From: an uncultured delta proteobacterium
Lineage (GTDB): Bacteria; Desulfobacterota; Desulfobacteria; Desulfobacterales; UBA2156
Direction of reading: 5' to 3'
Assembly (NCBI GenBank): GCA_963736855.1
Contig: CAVTQK010000021.1
Coordinates: forward strand, 640,001 to 704,000
Length of the DNA: 64,000 nt
Below are positions 31,391 to 42,332 of the stretch, in pieces (position 1 is the stretch's first letter; every line of letters starts with the position of its first letter). The position numbers were made by a program, and so were the translations under genes. The notes below the pieces were generated by a model. That model was not told the origin of the DNA and made no database searches. It saw nothing but the letters and a program-made list of their open reading frames with translations.

Positions 31391-32665
31391 ATGGGAAAAA
31401 TTCGAGTGTTGATCAGTTTGATTGTTTTAACCCTGGGGCTCTTTTCATATCCAGGGATTCCCGGAGCCTTTGAGTTGCCGGAAAGCCTCCTTGATGTCCT
31501 TCACGAGCGTTCCGAGAAGCAAAGCAATCTTGAGGTGAAGATCTCAGATGCTCTGGGTAATATCGGCAAGAACGTATTGCTCGAAAATGTCCGCGGCGTA
31601 AAGGAAATTGTGGCCTTCCAGAGTGTGGCCCCGTCCGTTGTCTGCATTTTAAGCGACGACATAATGGGCAGCGGCGCCATTATCAGCAGAGAAGGGCTTT
31701 TGATTTCCAATTGGCATGTCGTAAATAACTCAAAAAAAGCAGTTGTTGTATTCAAACCCAAGGACAGCGCGGAACTGAAACGGGAGCTTGCCTTCAGGGC
31801 AACTGTAATCAGAATCGATCCGGTTCGAGACCTGGCGCTTTTAAAGATCGACAGCCCTCCGAAAGATATTTCCTTTATGGATTTGGCGGATCCATCCAGC
31901 ATTTCGATTGGCCAGGACGTTCATGCCATTGGCCATCCGGAGGGAGAAATCTGGACCTATACAAAGGGTTTTATCAGCCAGATCCGACCCGGTTATGAAT
32001 GGAAAACCCGGGATGGTGTGGTCCACCGGGCAAAGATCATCCAGACGCAGACACCCGTGAATCCGGGGAGTTCCGGCGGGCCTCTATTTAATGATCAGGG
32101 GCAGTTGATCGGAATCAATTCTTTTGTCAGGACAGGTACCGAGGGATTGAACTATGCGGTGGCCGTGGATGAAATTAAAGCCTTTTTATCGGAAAAAATC
32201 GTTCATGACACCGTTCCGCCACAGGTGAGCGGTAAGATTCGGTGCAGCGAAGCCTATGATTCCACAGGAGAGGGATGGAATAATATTCTGGGCTGCTATT
32301 TCGCCGGAAGAAAACCTCCCCCGGATTTTTGGTCTGTATTGCCTTCTGCAGATGGACCCGCACTGTATGTATTGTTTGACTCTCACAAAGACGGGCTGAT
32401 TGATACGCTTATCACCAGCGAGGAAAATGAATGGTTGAAAATGGCCTATTTTATGGACAAGGATTGTGATGGAATCATCGATTTAATCGGACTCCAGAAT
32501 AGCGGTGAACACGACATTTCAAGCTATAAAAAACCACCAAAAAGAATTACGCTCTTGGAATTGGCGGGGGAGTTTGCAGACGCCATCAGACAGAAAAAGA
32601 TCCCTTATCCCGGGCTCAAACTTCTGCCGCTGATCGTAATCGTTCACCCAGACTCAGCCGTTTAA
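31391..32665 (+). CDS. Exported trypsin-like serine protease without PDZ domain
   Basis: Signal peptide; triad SNWHVV / RDLALL / NPGSSGGPL; C-terminal DSHKDG and DKDCDG loops. Confidence 0.9.
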   Translation: MGKIRVLISLIVLTLGLFSYPGIPGAFELPESLLDVLHERSEKQSNLEVKISDALGNIGKNVLLENVRGVKEIVAFQSVAPSVVCILSDDIMGSGAIISREGLLISNWHVVNNSKKAVVVFKPKDSAELKRELAFRATVIRIDPVRDLALLKIDSPPKDISFMDLADPSSISIGQDVHAIGHPEGEIWTYTKGFISQIRPGYEWKTRDGVVHRAKIIQTQTPVNPGSSGGPLFNDQGQLIGINSFVRTGTEGLNYAVAVDEIKAFLSEKIVHDTVPPQVSGKIRCSEAYDSTGEGWNNILGCYFAGRKPPPDFWSVLPSADGPALYVLFDSHKDGLIDTLITSEENEWLKMAYFMDKDCDGIIDLIGLQNSGEHDISSYKKPPKRITLLELAGEFADAIRQKKIPYPGLKLLPLIVIVHPDSAV

Positions 32666-32706
32666 AGCGGGTCAGCGGTATGCTTTCTAAAAAAGGAACG
32701 AACCCT

Positions 32707-35700
32707 ATGCGCCTCTTTCGCGGGTTTATTACCATTCTGATGGTATCCCTGCTTTGTGCTCTTTCCCCTGGATTCGCTTATCTTGAGGAAAGCGATTCTA
32801 ATGCCATAGACAGGTTGGTTGCCGATGTGGAACTCCTCGAGAGGGAAGGCAAATATATCGAGGCGATTTCCGCAGCACAGGAAGTCTTGGAATTGGAACA
32901 AAAGACCTACGGTTCTGAAAGCCTTCAGGTTGCCGGAACGTTGCATTGGATCGGCAGGCTCTACGAGCAGATGGGAAGCCAGGCCGATTCCATCCAATTT
33001 TTCAGGAAATCTTATGATATTTATAGCACAGCCCTTTCTAAAGATCCGGATCAAATAAAAGACCCCCATGTCCTGATTGATGTCGGCACACTGTGCGTGC
33101 GATTCAAAGACCATTCAAAGGCGGAGCGCTATCTCTCGCTGGCGCTGAGGATAAGAGAGGAAAAATTGGGGCCGGATCATCCCGATGTGGGTAACGTGAT
33201 AGCCCATCTGGCCTATTTATACGAGAACATGGGTGATCGGGAAAAGGCGCTGTCCCTGTACCAAAGATCCCTGCAAATTGCCGAAAAAGCCCATGGCCCG
33301 GATCATCCTCAAGTCGCGGACTACCTGTGGTCATTGGCCGGGTTTTATCAAGAAACACGGCAATGCTCACTGAAGCCTTGCCGCTTTTAAAAAGACTCCT
33401 TGCGATCAAAATGAAATCGGTGGGCGAAAATCATCCCGAAGTCGGCAATGTCTACAACGCATTGGCTTGGGCTTATATGGATATCGGCGATTTTGAAAAC
33501 GCGGAAACTTGCTACAAGGAGTCTTTAAAAATAATCGGCCGCCACTTTGGCGATGAAAACGCCATGACAGGTACTGTCTTGATCAACCTGGCATTTCTTT
33601 ACGAAAAGCAAAACAAATATGAAAAAGCCGGCGAGCATTACGAAAAAGCGCTTGAGATCAATGAAAAAGCGCTGGGCGCTGAAAGTGAAAAGGTGAGATT
33701 GGATCGAAAGTATCTGGCGTTCTTTTTAAAAAAACACGGCGATTTTGAAAAAGCGCTCCCCTTGCTCAAAAAAACTCTGGTTGTCGAGGAAGAAAAGTAC
33801 GGACCGGAGTCTCAGCAGTTGGCAGGACGTTGAGTGAATTGGCCGAGGTTTATAAAAACCTTCGCAGACTATCATCATGCCAAAGACCTTTATGTGCGGT
33901 TGTTGAAAATAGAAGAAAAGATCCTGGATCCAAAAGATACCCGTCTGGCAATGGACCATGAATGACATAGCCCTTTGCCATTACGATCTTGGCAATCTTT
34001 CAGAAGCAAAAGCCTTTTACGAACGATCCCACGATTTGATTACTGAGTCGCTAGACAGTCTTCACCCGAATCTTCAACCAGCATTGCAAGGGCTGGCCCT
34101 GGTCTGTGAGCGCATGGGTGATTACAAAACAGCGGAGACTCACTTAAAAGCCTCGCTGGATATCAGCAAAAATGCCTTTGGACCTGAGCACCCCTCTTTT
34201 GCCTCAGCGTTAAATAGTCTCGCATCGTTTTTTAAAAGAATCGGGGATTATCCCAAAGCAGAATCCACTTATAAAAAAGCTTTGGAAATACAGGGAAAAG
34301 CAACGGGAACGGAATCGTTGGAATATGCGGACTCTTTATTATCCCTTGGTTTTTATTATCAAACAATTGGAGATTATAAAAAATCAGAGAGTTTTTTCAA
34401 ACAAGCATTGAAGCTTCGGGAAAATCTCTTTGGAAAAGACCATCCGCATGTTGCAGACGCTCTGAATACACTGGCTTCTCACTATGGATTCTTAGGTAAT
34501 CTGGATGAGGCCCTGACCTGTGCCGCAAGAGCCCTTGAAATAAATGAAAGGAATTTGCCTGATAATCATCCGAAAAAGGCTGACAGCTATAAAGCCATGG
34601 CTAATATTTACACTTACAAAAGGGAATTTGAAAAAGCAGATCTGTATTTGAAAAAAGCTTTAGAGGTTACGGAAAAAGCATTCGGCTCCGGGCATCCCCG
34701 GGTTGCGCATTGCCTTGTTGATCTAGGAGGGCTCAAGAAGGCATCTGGAAATTATGATCAGGCCGAACAATTTTACAAACGGGCAGTTCAAATCGTTGAA
34801 AATAAATTTGGTCAGGATTCTTTGGACGTGACCCACCCGCTGTTTTTTTTGGCGAGTGCGTATCGTTTTTCGGGTAAAAATAGCGAGGCGCTTGAACTGC
34901 TCGAACGTATCGCGCGGATCAAGCAAACAGCTTTTGGCGACATTCATCCGGAATTGTCCGCGGCTTTCTACCAGCTTGCTGAATGCTACGATGCCATGGG
35001 CCGGACGGAAACCGCTTTTCAATATTTTAAAAAATCCCAGGAAATCGACAACACAATTCTAGAAAAAGTGATCGGATGGATGCCGGAGGAACAGCAGATC
35101 GCTTTTCTGTTAAAAAACAGGACACGCTTGTCCACTTATCTGCTTTATCTTGCAGCCCACTTTAGAGAACGATAATCGTGAAATCCGTGCGTTTTTAGAT
35201 ATATGGTTCAAAAGAAAAGGGATGTCCCTGGAAGCTCAAAGGCGGAACCGGGAAGCACTGATCGTTCAGGACAGCGTTGAGGCAAAGCAAATATTTCAGG
35301 AAATTTCCGCCGTCAGTTCAAAAATATCAAATTTGCTGTTCAGCGGACCGGGTGAGACTCCGCCGGATGTTTACCGGAAAAAAATACAGGCTTTTGAAAG
35401 TGCAAGAGAAAGCCTGGAATCCAGGCTCATCAATTTGAGCCGTGCGTTGGTGTTGGAAAAGCAGGAGGCCGAGGTTGATTGTGATACAATCATCAGTTCA
35501 CTTCCGAAAAACGCTGTGCTTTTGGAATTCGTCGCAACTCCAACAGTGTTGTCGTTTGCAAAGGACGAGGACAAAGAACTTCAGAAGGGCCATTACTTTG
35601 CTTTCATATTGTTTCCCGGCATGCCGGACAAGGTCCGTTGGAGTTACCTCGGCCGTGCATATGGGATCGATCAAAAGGTGGCTTCCCTGCGACGGGAAAT

Positions 35701-36778
35701 TGCGACAATGGGAAAAAATGCCGAGAAACTTTCCCGCGAGCTTTACGATATTGTATTTGCGCCGATTGAAAAAAAACTGGGCGAAACCAAAGAGATATTC
35801 ATATCCCCGGACGGCAATCTGAACCTGGTCCCTTTTGAGGTTCTGGTAGATAAAAACGGGAGATATCTCATCGAAAAATATACGTTTAATTATTTATCCG
35901 CTGCAAGGGAGCTGGTTCGTTTTGGGAAAGTCGAAGCTAAAAATGAAACAGCCGTCCTGATAGGCGACCCGGATTTCGATCTGACCCCCGATCAAAAAAA
36001 GCCATACCTGGCGAAACAGGGCTTGACGCGGACAGAAGCTTCCGGGATCAGCATGCGCTCTCCGGACATGAAGTCGCTTCATTTTAGCAGGCTGCCGGGG
36101 GCCAAGGATGAATTGGAAGAAATAAACCGTATCCTGAAAGACCACTTTCAATCGGAGTCTTACACCGGCCTCGATGCGCTCGAAGAAACGCTTAAAAAGA
36201 AAAGTCGTCCGAAGATGCTTCATCTTGCCACCCATGGCTTTTTCATGGAAGATGTTGAATATGACGGCGCCGGGGATCCCTATTCGAATGAAAGCTTGGC
36301 GTCGAAGCCGGAATTGGACAGGCATATCCTCAGCAGGCCGATGCTACGCTCGGGATTCGTACTTGCCGGTGCAAACAATGCAGAAAAATTACATGATGAA
36401 AACATGGAGGACGGAGTTGTCACTGCGGAAGAAATCCAGGGGCTTAATCTCTGGGGAACCGATATGGTTGTTCTTTCGGCATGCAATACGGGCCTCGGGG
36501 AAGTTCAGACGGGTGAAGGGGTGTTCGGTTTGAGGCGCGCGTTTTCAATGGCAGGCGCAAAAAGCCTGATTATGAGCATGTGGAATGTGCCGGATAAGGA
36601 AACAAAGGAATTGATGGTGGCTTTTTATAAGAACGTCATGTCAGGGAAAATGAACCGGTGCCAGGCTCTCAGACAGGCGGCCCTGGCTGAGATGAAAGTC
36701 GCAGAGGAACGTTACGGCAGCCCCTATCCCTTTGTCTGGGGCGCATTTGTCTTTATCGGAGACCCAGGATCATATTAA
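32707..36778 (+). CDS. TPR-repeat protein with C-terminal CHAT (caspase-like) protease; about 5 frameshifts
   Basis: ORFs 32680..33390, 33327..33833, 33958..35175 and 35150..36778 are collinear. TPRs carry G.DHP motifs; CHAT motifs SPDGNLNLVPF, LHLATHGFF, VLSACNTG, SMWNVPD, WGAF. N-terminal signal peptide. Confidence 0.88.
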
Positions 36779-37419
36779 CTGAAAAAGCGATGAAAACAGC
36801 CCTCATGTTAAGGATTTCTCGCTCAAGCCGAGCACTGAATCTTGATCATTCGTTGCACTCGTATAATTTTAAAAGCTGAGGGGTAGAACCCGAAAATACA
36901 ATCCGGATCGGTACCGGTCCAGATTACGAGCGGGTCGTCATGGACACCAAATGGAAAATTCCAGGTGACGGTAGACCAGGGGATGCTGATTTGCAGCAAA
37001 TGCACTCATTCAATATCCAATTCGGTGCCCAACGAAGTCTTCTTCTTTATCCGAAAGCCGGCAGCCAAGCGGATATTCAAGGAAGATTTTCCAAAGGCAA
37101 AGCACTTCCGCCATCTTTTGACCACAACTGTGAAATGGTGTTTCTTGATCTTTTCGAAGGCAATAAATTACGACGCGATCTTGGGCAAGATCTTGTCGCG
37201 ATGCTTAGAAGTTCGGGCAGGCAGTCCAATCCATTGCATGGATAAAATCCCAAAAAGACGCCAAACTAAAATTCCCCCATGACTTTTCAACGATAACATC
37301 CTTTCCCATTTGAAGTCCGCATTCGTTTAGTTCCCTTGGCGAGGCGCTTTCTCTCGTCCAAAGAATCAAATTTTATGTGATTATTTGTAATAAAATAATA
37401 TTTTTTGTAAGATTTTTTC

Positions 37420-37460
37420 TTGACACCTGGGATTCGGTCATTTATAATAATAATGACCGA
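37420..37460 (+). promoter_or_regulatory. Consensus sigma70 promoter with overlapping palindromic operator
   Basis: TTGACA (37420)-17 nt-TATAAT (37443); TCGGTCATT-N9-AATGACCGA at 37434-37460; AAGGAGG RBS follows. Confidence 0.75.
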
Positions 37461-37474
37461 CAGAAGGAGGTGTT

Positions 37475-38395
37475 ATGCCCGAAGAAATCATGATGAACAC
37501 CAAGCAGGTTGCCAAGTATTTGGGGGTTCATGAGAAGCAGGTCTATTCCTTAGTCAGATCCAAACGGATCCCTTCCACCAAAATCACCGGGAAGTGGGTT
37601 TTTCCCAAGAGACTCATTGACGAATGGATCGAGACCCATGCAAGACAGCGGCTTGAAAATGCCAGGGAGAGGAGCAGCCGCATGGGTGGAGCCCTGCTCG
37701 CATGCGGCAGCAATGATCCGATCCTCGACATGCTCCATACCACCATGAAAAAAGTCCATCCGGAATTCCTGATCTTATCGGCGAATACGGGAAGTACCGA
37801 AGGATTAAAGGCTTTGAACAGCGGCTTCACGGATCTGGCCTGGTCCCACCTTCTGGATCCTAAAAGCGGACAATACAACATTCCATTCCTCCCCATCTAT
37901 CTCCCCGATGTTAAAGCGGTGGTTGTGAACCTTTTTCACAGGGAGTTAGGGTTGATCATGGCTCCTGGGAACCCATTCGGCATCCAGGGTTTTGAGGATC
38001 TGAGCAAAAAGGGGGTCCGATTGATCAACCGCCAGGAGGGGTCGGGCACAAGGGTACTACTGGATCATCATCTCAAACAGGCAAAGATCCCTTCTTCCAA
38101 GATCGAGGGATATGACAAAGAGGTCTATACACACTTCGAGGTCGGCCTTTCAATCCTCTCAAAGGAGGCAAATGCAGGAATCGCCACCATCGCCATCGCC
38201 AAACTCCTGGGCTTACCTTTCATTCCCATCGCCCAAGAGAGTTTTGATATGATCCTCGAACAAAAAACATTTTTCCACAAAGGGATTCAGGCCTTTATTG
38301 AGGTTCTGAATTCAAGAGAGTTCCGACAAAAGGTAGAACCCTTGGGGGCCTATGATTTTAAAGATTCCGGAAAAATCGTCTATTCCGCCAATTGA
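37475..38395 (+). CDS. Excisionase-type HTH fused to an oxyanion PBP-like domain; transcriptional regulator (TaoR-like)
   Basis: MNTKQVAKYL..KQVYSL..GKWVFPK..IDEWI HTH_17; GSNDP, GSTEGL, INRQEGSGTR PBP_like motifs; first gene of the tup operon. Confidence 0.85.
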   Translation: MPEEIMMNTKQVAKYLGVHEKQVYSLVRSKRIPSTKITGKWVFPKRLIDEWIETHARQRLENARERSSRMGGALLACGSNDPILDMLHTTMKKVHPEFLILSANTGSTEGLKALNSGFTDLAWSHLLDPKSGQYNIPFLPIYLPDVKAVVVNLFHRELGLIMAPGNPFGIQGFEDLSKKGVRLINRQEGSGTRVLLDHHLKQAKIPSSKIEGYDKEVYTHFEVGLSILSKEANAGIATIAIAKLLGLPFIPIAQESFDMILEQKTFFHKGIQAFIEVLNSREFRQKVEPLGAYDFKDSGKIVYSAN

Positions 38396-38411
38396 TGAAA
38401 GGAGGTTATTG

Positions 38412-39277
38412 ATGAGAGAGATGAAGAAGTGGTTTTTTCTAGGAATCGTCTGTTTGTTGTGCGCTTGCGCAACCGCGGCCAATCTGGGAGGAAGCAAGTT
38501 TGTTCTTCTTTCCAGCACCATCGGACCCATTGATGCGGGTGTGGTGGATGTTTTGGAGACCGCTTTTGAGAAGGAAACCGGAATCCGGGTGCGCCATGTG
38601 GGATCAGGGACCGGAGCGGCGCTCGACCTGGCCCGCAAAGGGCAGATCGATCTGGTCATGGTTCACGCCAAGGCTCTTGAAGAGAAGTTCGTGGCAGAGG
38701 GATTCGGAACCGAACGGTTCGATCTGATGTACAATGACTTTGTCATCGTCGGCCCTCCGAATGATCCGGCAGGGATCAAAGGCCTGAAGCTGGCCGGAGA
38801 TGCCTTGAAAAAGATTGCGGAAAAGGGCGCGCCCTTCATCAGCCGCGGGGACAAGTCAGGGACCCATGTGGCGGAAATGGATCTTTGGAAAAACGCAGGC
38901 ATCAAACCATCCGGCTCCTGGTACCAGGTCTACGAAAAAGGCTCCACAGGAAATGCCCCAACCCTGAAGTACACGGATGAGAAGTCGGCCTACACGGTCA
39001 TGGACCGGGCGACCTTCCTGACCCTCCAGAAACAGATCAAACTGGTGATTCTGGTGGAAAAGGACGAGGCGCTGCTCAACTTCATCAGCCTGATCCCGGT
39101 AAACCCGAAGAAGTTTCCGAAGGCCAACTACCAGGATGCCATGGCTTTCGTGAAATGGCTCACCTCCCTGAAAAGGGCCAGAAAATCATCAGGGAATTTG
39201 GAAAGGACAAATACGGGAGTCCTCTCTTTTTCCCCAACTCTAAGGAGTGGCGACAAACCCAGGGCGGAAAAAGCTAA
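38412..39277 (+). CDS. tupA: Divergent TupA-like oxyanion-binding protein; frameshift near 39168
   Basis: GSGTGAAL, VMVHA, MYNDFVIVGP, SRGDKSGTH; carries SSTIG in place of TTTS; repaired C-terminus FGKDKYGSPLFFP. Confidence 0.8.
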
Positions 39278-39304
39278 TGCATCTTTTTGAAGGGAGGAAA
39301 AGTG

Positions 39305-40159
39305 ATGAAGAAGTTATGTTATGTATCGTTCATATTTTTGGGACTTCTCGCACTAGTCACGGCATGGGCTCTGTGAGCCCAGGCCCAGGAGAAGACTCTC
39401 ATCCTGGCTACCACGACCAGCACACAGGACACAGGGCTTTTGGATGTCCTGATCCCCATCTTTGAAAAAAAGACGGGCTACTTTGTAAAGACCATTGCCG
39501 TGGGCTCCGGGCAGGCCATGACCATGGGCCAAAAGGGGGAGGCGGACGTGCTGCTGGTCCATTCTCCTGCGGCAGAGAAGAAGTTCATGGATGACGGATT
39601 CGGGGTCAGCCGAAGGCTCGTCATGCACAATGACTTCGTTCTGGTGGGGCCTGCTGAAGATCCGGCCAAGATCAAAGGGCTGAAATCCGCAGCAGAGGCC
39701 CTCAAGAAAATTGCCTCAACCCAGGCGCTGTTCCTGTCGAGGGGAGACAACTCCGGGACCCATGCAAAAGAAAAGGATGTCTGGAAAGTGGCAGAGGTGA
39801 AGTATGAAGGCGAGAAGTGGTATCAACAGACCGGCCTCGGAATGGGGCAGACCCTGAATGTGGCGGCTGAAAAGAAGGGCTACACGCTTACCGATCGCGG
39901 GACCTATCTGGCCTTGGCAAAAAACATGAAGCTGGGCATTCTTGTTGAAGGGGATGCCGTGCTCCTCAACATTTACCATGTCATGGAAGTCAACCAGGCC
40001 AAGTGGCCCAAAGTGAACATTGCGGCGGCAAAAGCTTTTGCGGATTTCATGGTCTCCAAGGAAACTCAGGAGATCATCAAGACCTTCGGCGTGGACAAAT
40101 ATGGATCTCCTCTCTTCTTCCCGGATGCGGGCAAGAAGGTGGAGGATTTGGGGAAGTAG
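39305..40159 (+). CDS. tupA: Tungstate ABC substrate-binding protein; in-frame TGA at 39374 in the signal peptide
   Basis: LATTTSTQDTGLL, GSGQA, MHNDFVLVGP, SRGDNSGTH, TDRGTY. Confidence 0.88.
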
Positions 40160-40858
40160 ATGGATCTGATTCTTGAAGGAATAAAGAAGGCTTTCTGGCT
40201 TCTGGTCACGTTTGATCCGGAGGTATTGGGGATCACGCTCCTTTCCCTGAAGGTTTCAGGAACTGCTACGCTGATCAGTCTCGTACTGGGTATATCGGTG
40301 GGGGCCAGTGTGGCCCTCACCCGTTTCCCAGGCCGCAGAGTTGCGGTAAGCCTGATCAACACGGGCATGGCGCTTCCACCTGTGGTAGTAGGCCTCTTCG
40401 TCACCATCTTCCTCTGGAGAAACGGACCCCTCGGAGTCTTGGGAATCCTTTACACGCCTCTGGCCATGATCATCGCCCAGGCGGTTATCGCAACGCCCAT
40501 CGTCACGGGTATCACGTTGGCCGCGGTTCAACAGCTTCCGGGAAAGCTTCGTCTTCAGATTCTCGCTCTCGGCGCCACCCGCCTCCAAATGGTCTGGATT
40601 CTGGTCAAGGAGGCCAGACTCTCCCTGCTTGCGGCGGTCATGGCAGGATTCGGAGGGGTGATTTCAGAGGTCGGGGCATCCATTATGGTCGGTGGTAACA
40701 TTAAAGGGTACTCCCGCGTTCTCACCACTGCTACGGTCATGGAAACGGGCCGGGGTAATTTCGATGTGGCTATCGCTCTCTCCATTATCCTGCTCTTGCT
40801 CGCCTATTTGATCAACCTGGTGCTTACTCAGGTACAACAGCGCGAGAGGCCGCGGTGA
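40160..40858 (+). CDS. tupB: Tungstate ABC permease
   Basis: LPPVVVGL, GFGGVISEVGASIMVGGNI, RVLTTA. Confidence 0.93.
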   Translation: MDLILEGIKKAFWLLVTFDPEVLGITLLSLKVSGTATLISLVLGISVGASVALTRFPGRRVAVSLINTGMALPPVVVGLFVTIFLWRNGPLGVLGILYTPLAMIIAQAVIATPIVTGITLAAVQQLPGKLRLQILALGATRLQMVWILVKEARLSLLAAVMAGFGGVISEVGASIMVGGNIKGYSRVLTTATVMETGRGNFDVAIALSIILLLLAYLINLVLTQVQQRERPR

Positions 40859-41964
40859 CCGCTTCGACGCCGGTCTTTGAGGCCAGGGACCTCCAGGTCA
40901 TCAAGGGAGGGTCTCTGATCCTTAAAATCCCATCCTTTGCCGTCTCAGAAGGGGAAATTCTTGTCCTCATCGGTCCGAACGGTGCCGGGAAAAGCACCCT
41001 TCTTCAAGCCCTTTCCGCCCTGTTAAAGCCCACCCGCGGATACATCTTTTTCAGGGGCCAAAAAATCGGTACGGATATTCCCCTGCTCGAGTATCGTAGA
41101 AGGCTTGCCATGATCCTCCAGGAACCTCTTCTCTTTGATACGACGGTATTCAACAACGTTGCGAGCGGCCTGAAAATCCGGGGCATGAGAAGGAATGAAA
41201 TCGAACCGATTGTGGAAAGGGCTTTGAAGCGCTTCGGAATTGCTCACCTGAAGGATCGTTCTGCGCGAACCCTTTCAGGAGGGGAGGCCCGGAGGGTCAG
41301 CCTTGCACGGGCCTTCGCCACGGATCCTGAGATTCTCCTTCTGGATGAGCCCTTTTCAGCCCTTGATCCGATCATGCGGGAGACACTGATCGAGGATCTG
41401 GAACATGTCCTTCGGGAGACCGGAATTACCACCATTTTTGTCACCCACGACCGCATGGAAGCTCTTCGGCTTGCCACCCGGCTTGGTGTGATGCATGCCG
41501 GAGAGATCCTCCAGACCGGCTCACCGGAAGAGGTCATGAATCACCCTGTGAATGAATTTGTCGCTTCTTTGGTGGCGGTTGAAAACATCCTCAAGGGAAA
41601 GGTGATCCGAAGAAACGGCAGGACTTTCTTTGCCTCCGTATCCGGGCAGGAAATCGAAGGGATCGGAGATGTCGGTTTAGGGGAGGAGGTTTCGCTTTGC
41701 ATCCGACCTGAAAACGTGACCCTCTCACCGGTTGGGTCAGGAACCACGGCGACGATGACTAAAATGTTTCCAGGAACGGTCGAGAAAATTACACCGATCG
41801 GTTATTACAGAAAGGCTCAGCTCAACTGCGGATTCCCTCTGGTGGCCTATGTCACCAACCCTTCTTTCAACGATCTCTCTTTGAAGAAAGGGGTGAAAGT
41901 GCTCGCCTCTTTCGACACCATGGCCATTCATGTGATCAGAGAAAGGGCCCCGATTGATCCATGA
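40855..41964 (+). CDS. tupC: Tungstate ABC ATPase with C-terminal TOBE-like domain
   Basis: GPNGAGKST, LSGGE, LLLDEPF, VTHD, IRPENV. Confidence 0.9.
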   Translation: MTASTPVFEARDLQVIKGGSLILKIPSFAVSEGEILVLIGPNGAGKSTLLQALSALLKPTRGYIFFRGQKIGTDIPLLEYRRRLAMILQEPLLFDTTVFNNVASGLKIRGMRRNEIEPIVERALKRFGIAHLKDRSARTLSGGEARRVSLARAFATDPEILLLDEPFSALDPIMRETLIEDLEHVLRETGITTIFVTHDRMEALRLATRLGVMHAGEILQTGSPEEVMNHPVNEFVASLVAVENILKGKVIRRNGRTFFASVSGQEIEGIGDVGLGEEVSLCIRPENVTLSPVGSGTTATMTKMFPGTVEKITPIGYYRKAQLNCGFPLVAYVTNPSFNDLSLKKGVKVLASFDTMAIHVIRERAPIDP

Positions 41965-41996
41965 TGAATCGGCCGGTTCATTTGCGCCGGCACCAT

Positions 41997-42263
41997 TTAT
42001 TGTGAGGTGGTTTGCGATCCAACAGACGATTCGGTTTTATGAATCAATCTATCTTTTTGCCTTTTTCCGGTCAGCGTTCCGCTTCCTAACAAGGTAACAA
42101 TATAAAATACAACCCCCAATGCCGCTAGGATCGCCAACAGCTTAAACATGGATTTTCTTCTGAAAATTATCAGAAGGGATATGGCGACAATGAATATAAC
42201 AGCGATAACGATATTATTCTGAACCAAGTAGACCACTTTATCCAGCAATTCAACAAATCCCAT
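41997..42263 (-). CDS. Small membrane protein, two TM helices
   Basis: Two hydrophobic stretches; GGAGA RBS; sigma54 motif upstream. Confidence 0.7.
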   Translation of the reverse strand: MGFVELLDKVVYLVQNNIVIAVIFIVAISLLIIFRRKSMFKLLAILAALGVVFYIVTLLGSGTLTGKRQKDRLIHKTESSVGSQTTSQ

Positions 42264-42316
42264 TTCTCTTCTCCAAAAAGAAAAAGGCCTGTTTTATCCT
42301 CATAGAAAATGCAGAG

Positions 42317-42332
42317 AGCAAAAGATGTGCCA
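42317..42332 (-). promoter_or_regulatory. Sigma54 (-24/-12) promoter
   Basis: Minus strand reads TGGCAC-ATCTT-TTGCT with exact GG/GC spacing. Confidence 0.7.

Noticed and set aside
36790..37370. Short ORFs between CHAT and the tup regulator
   Set aside because: No recognisable motif or RBS in any frame; could be a decayed gene but I cannot support a call.
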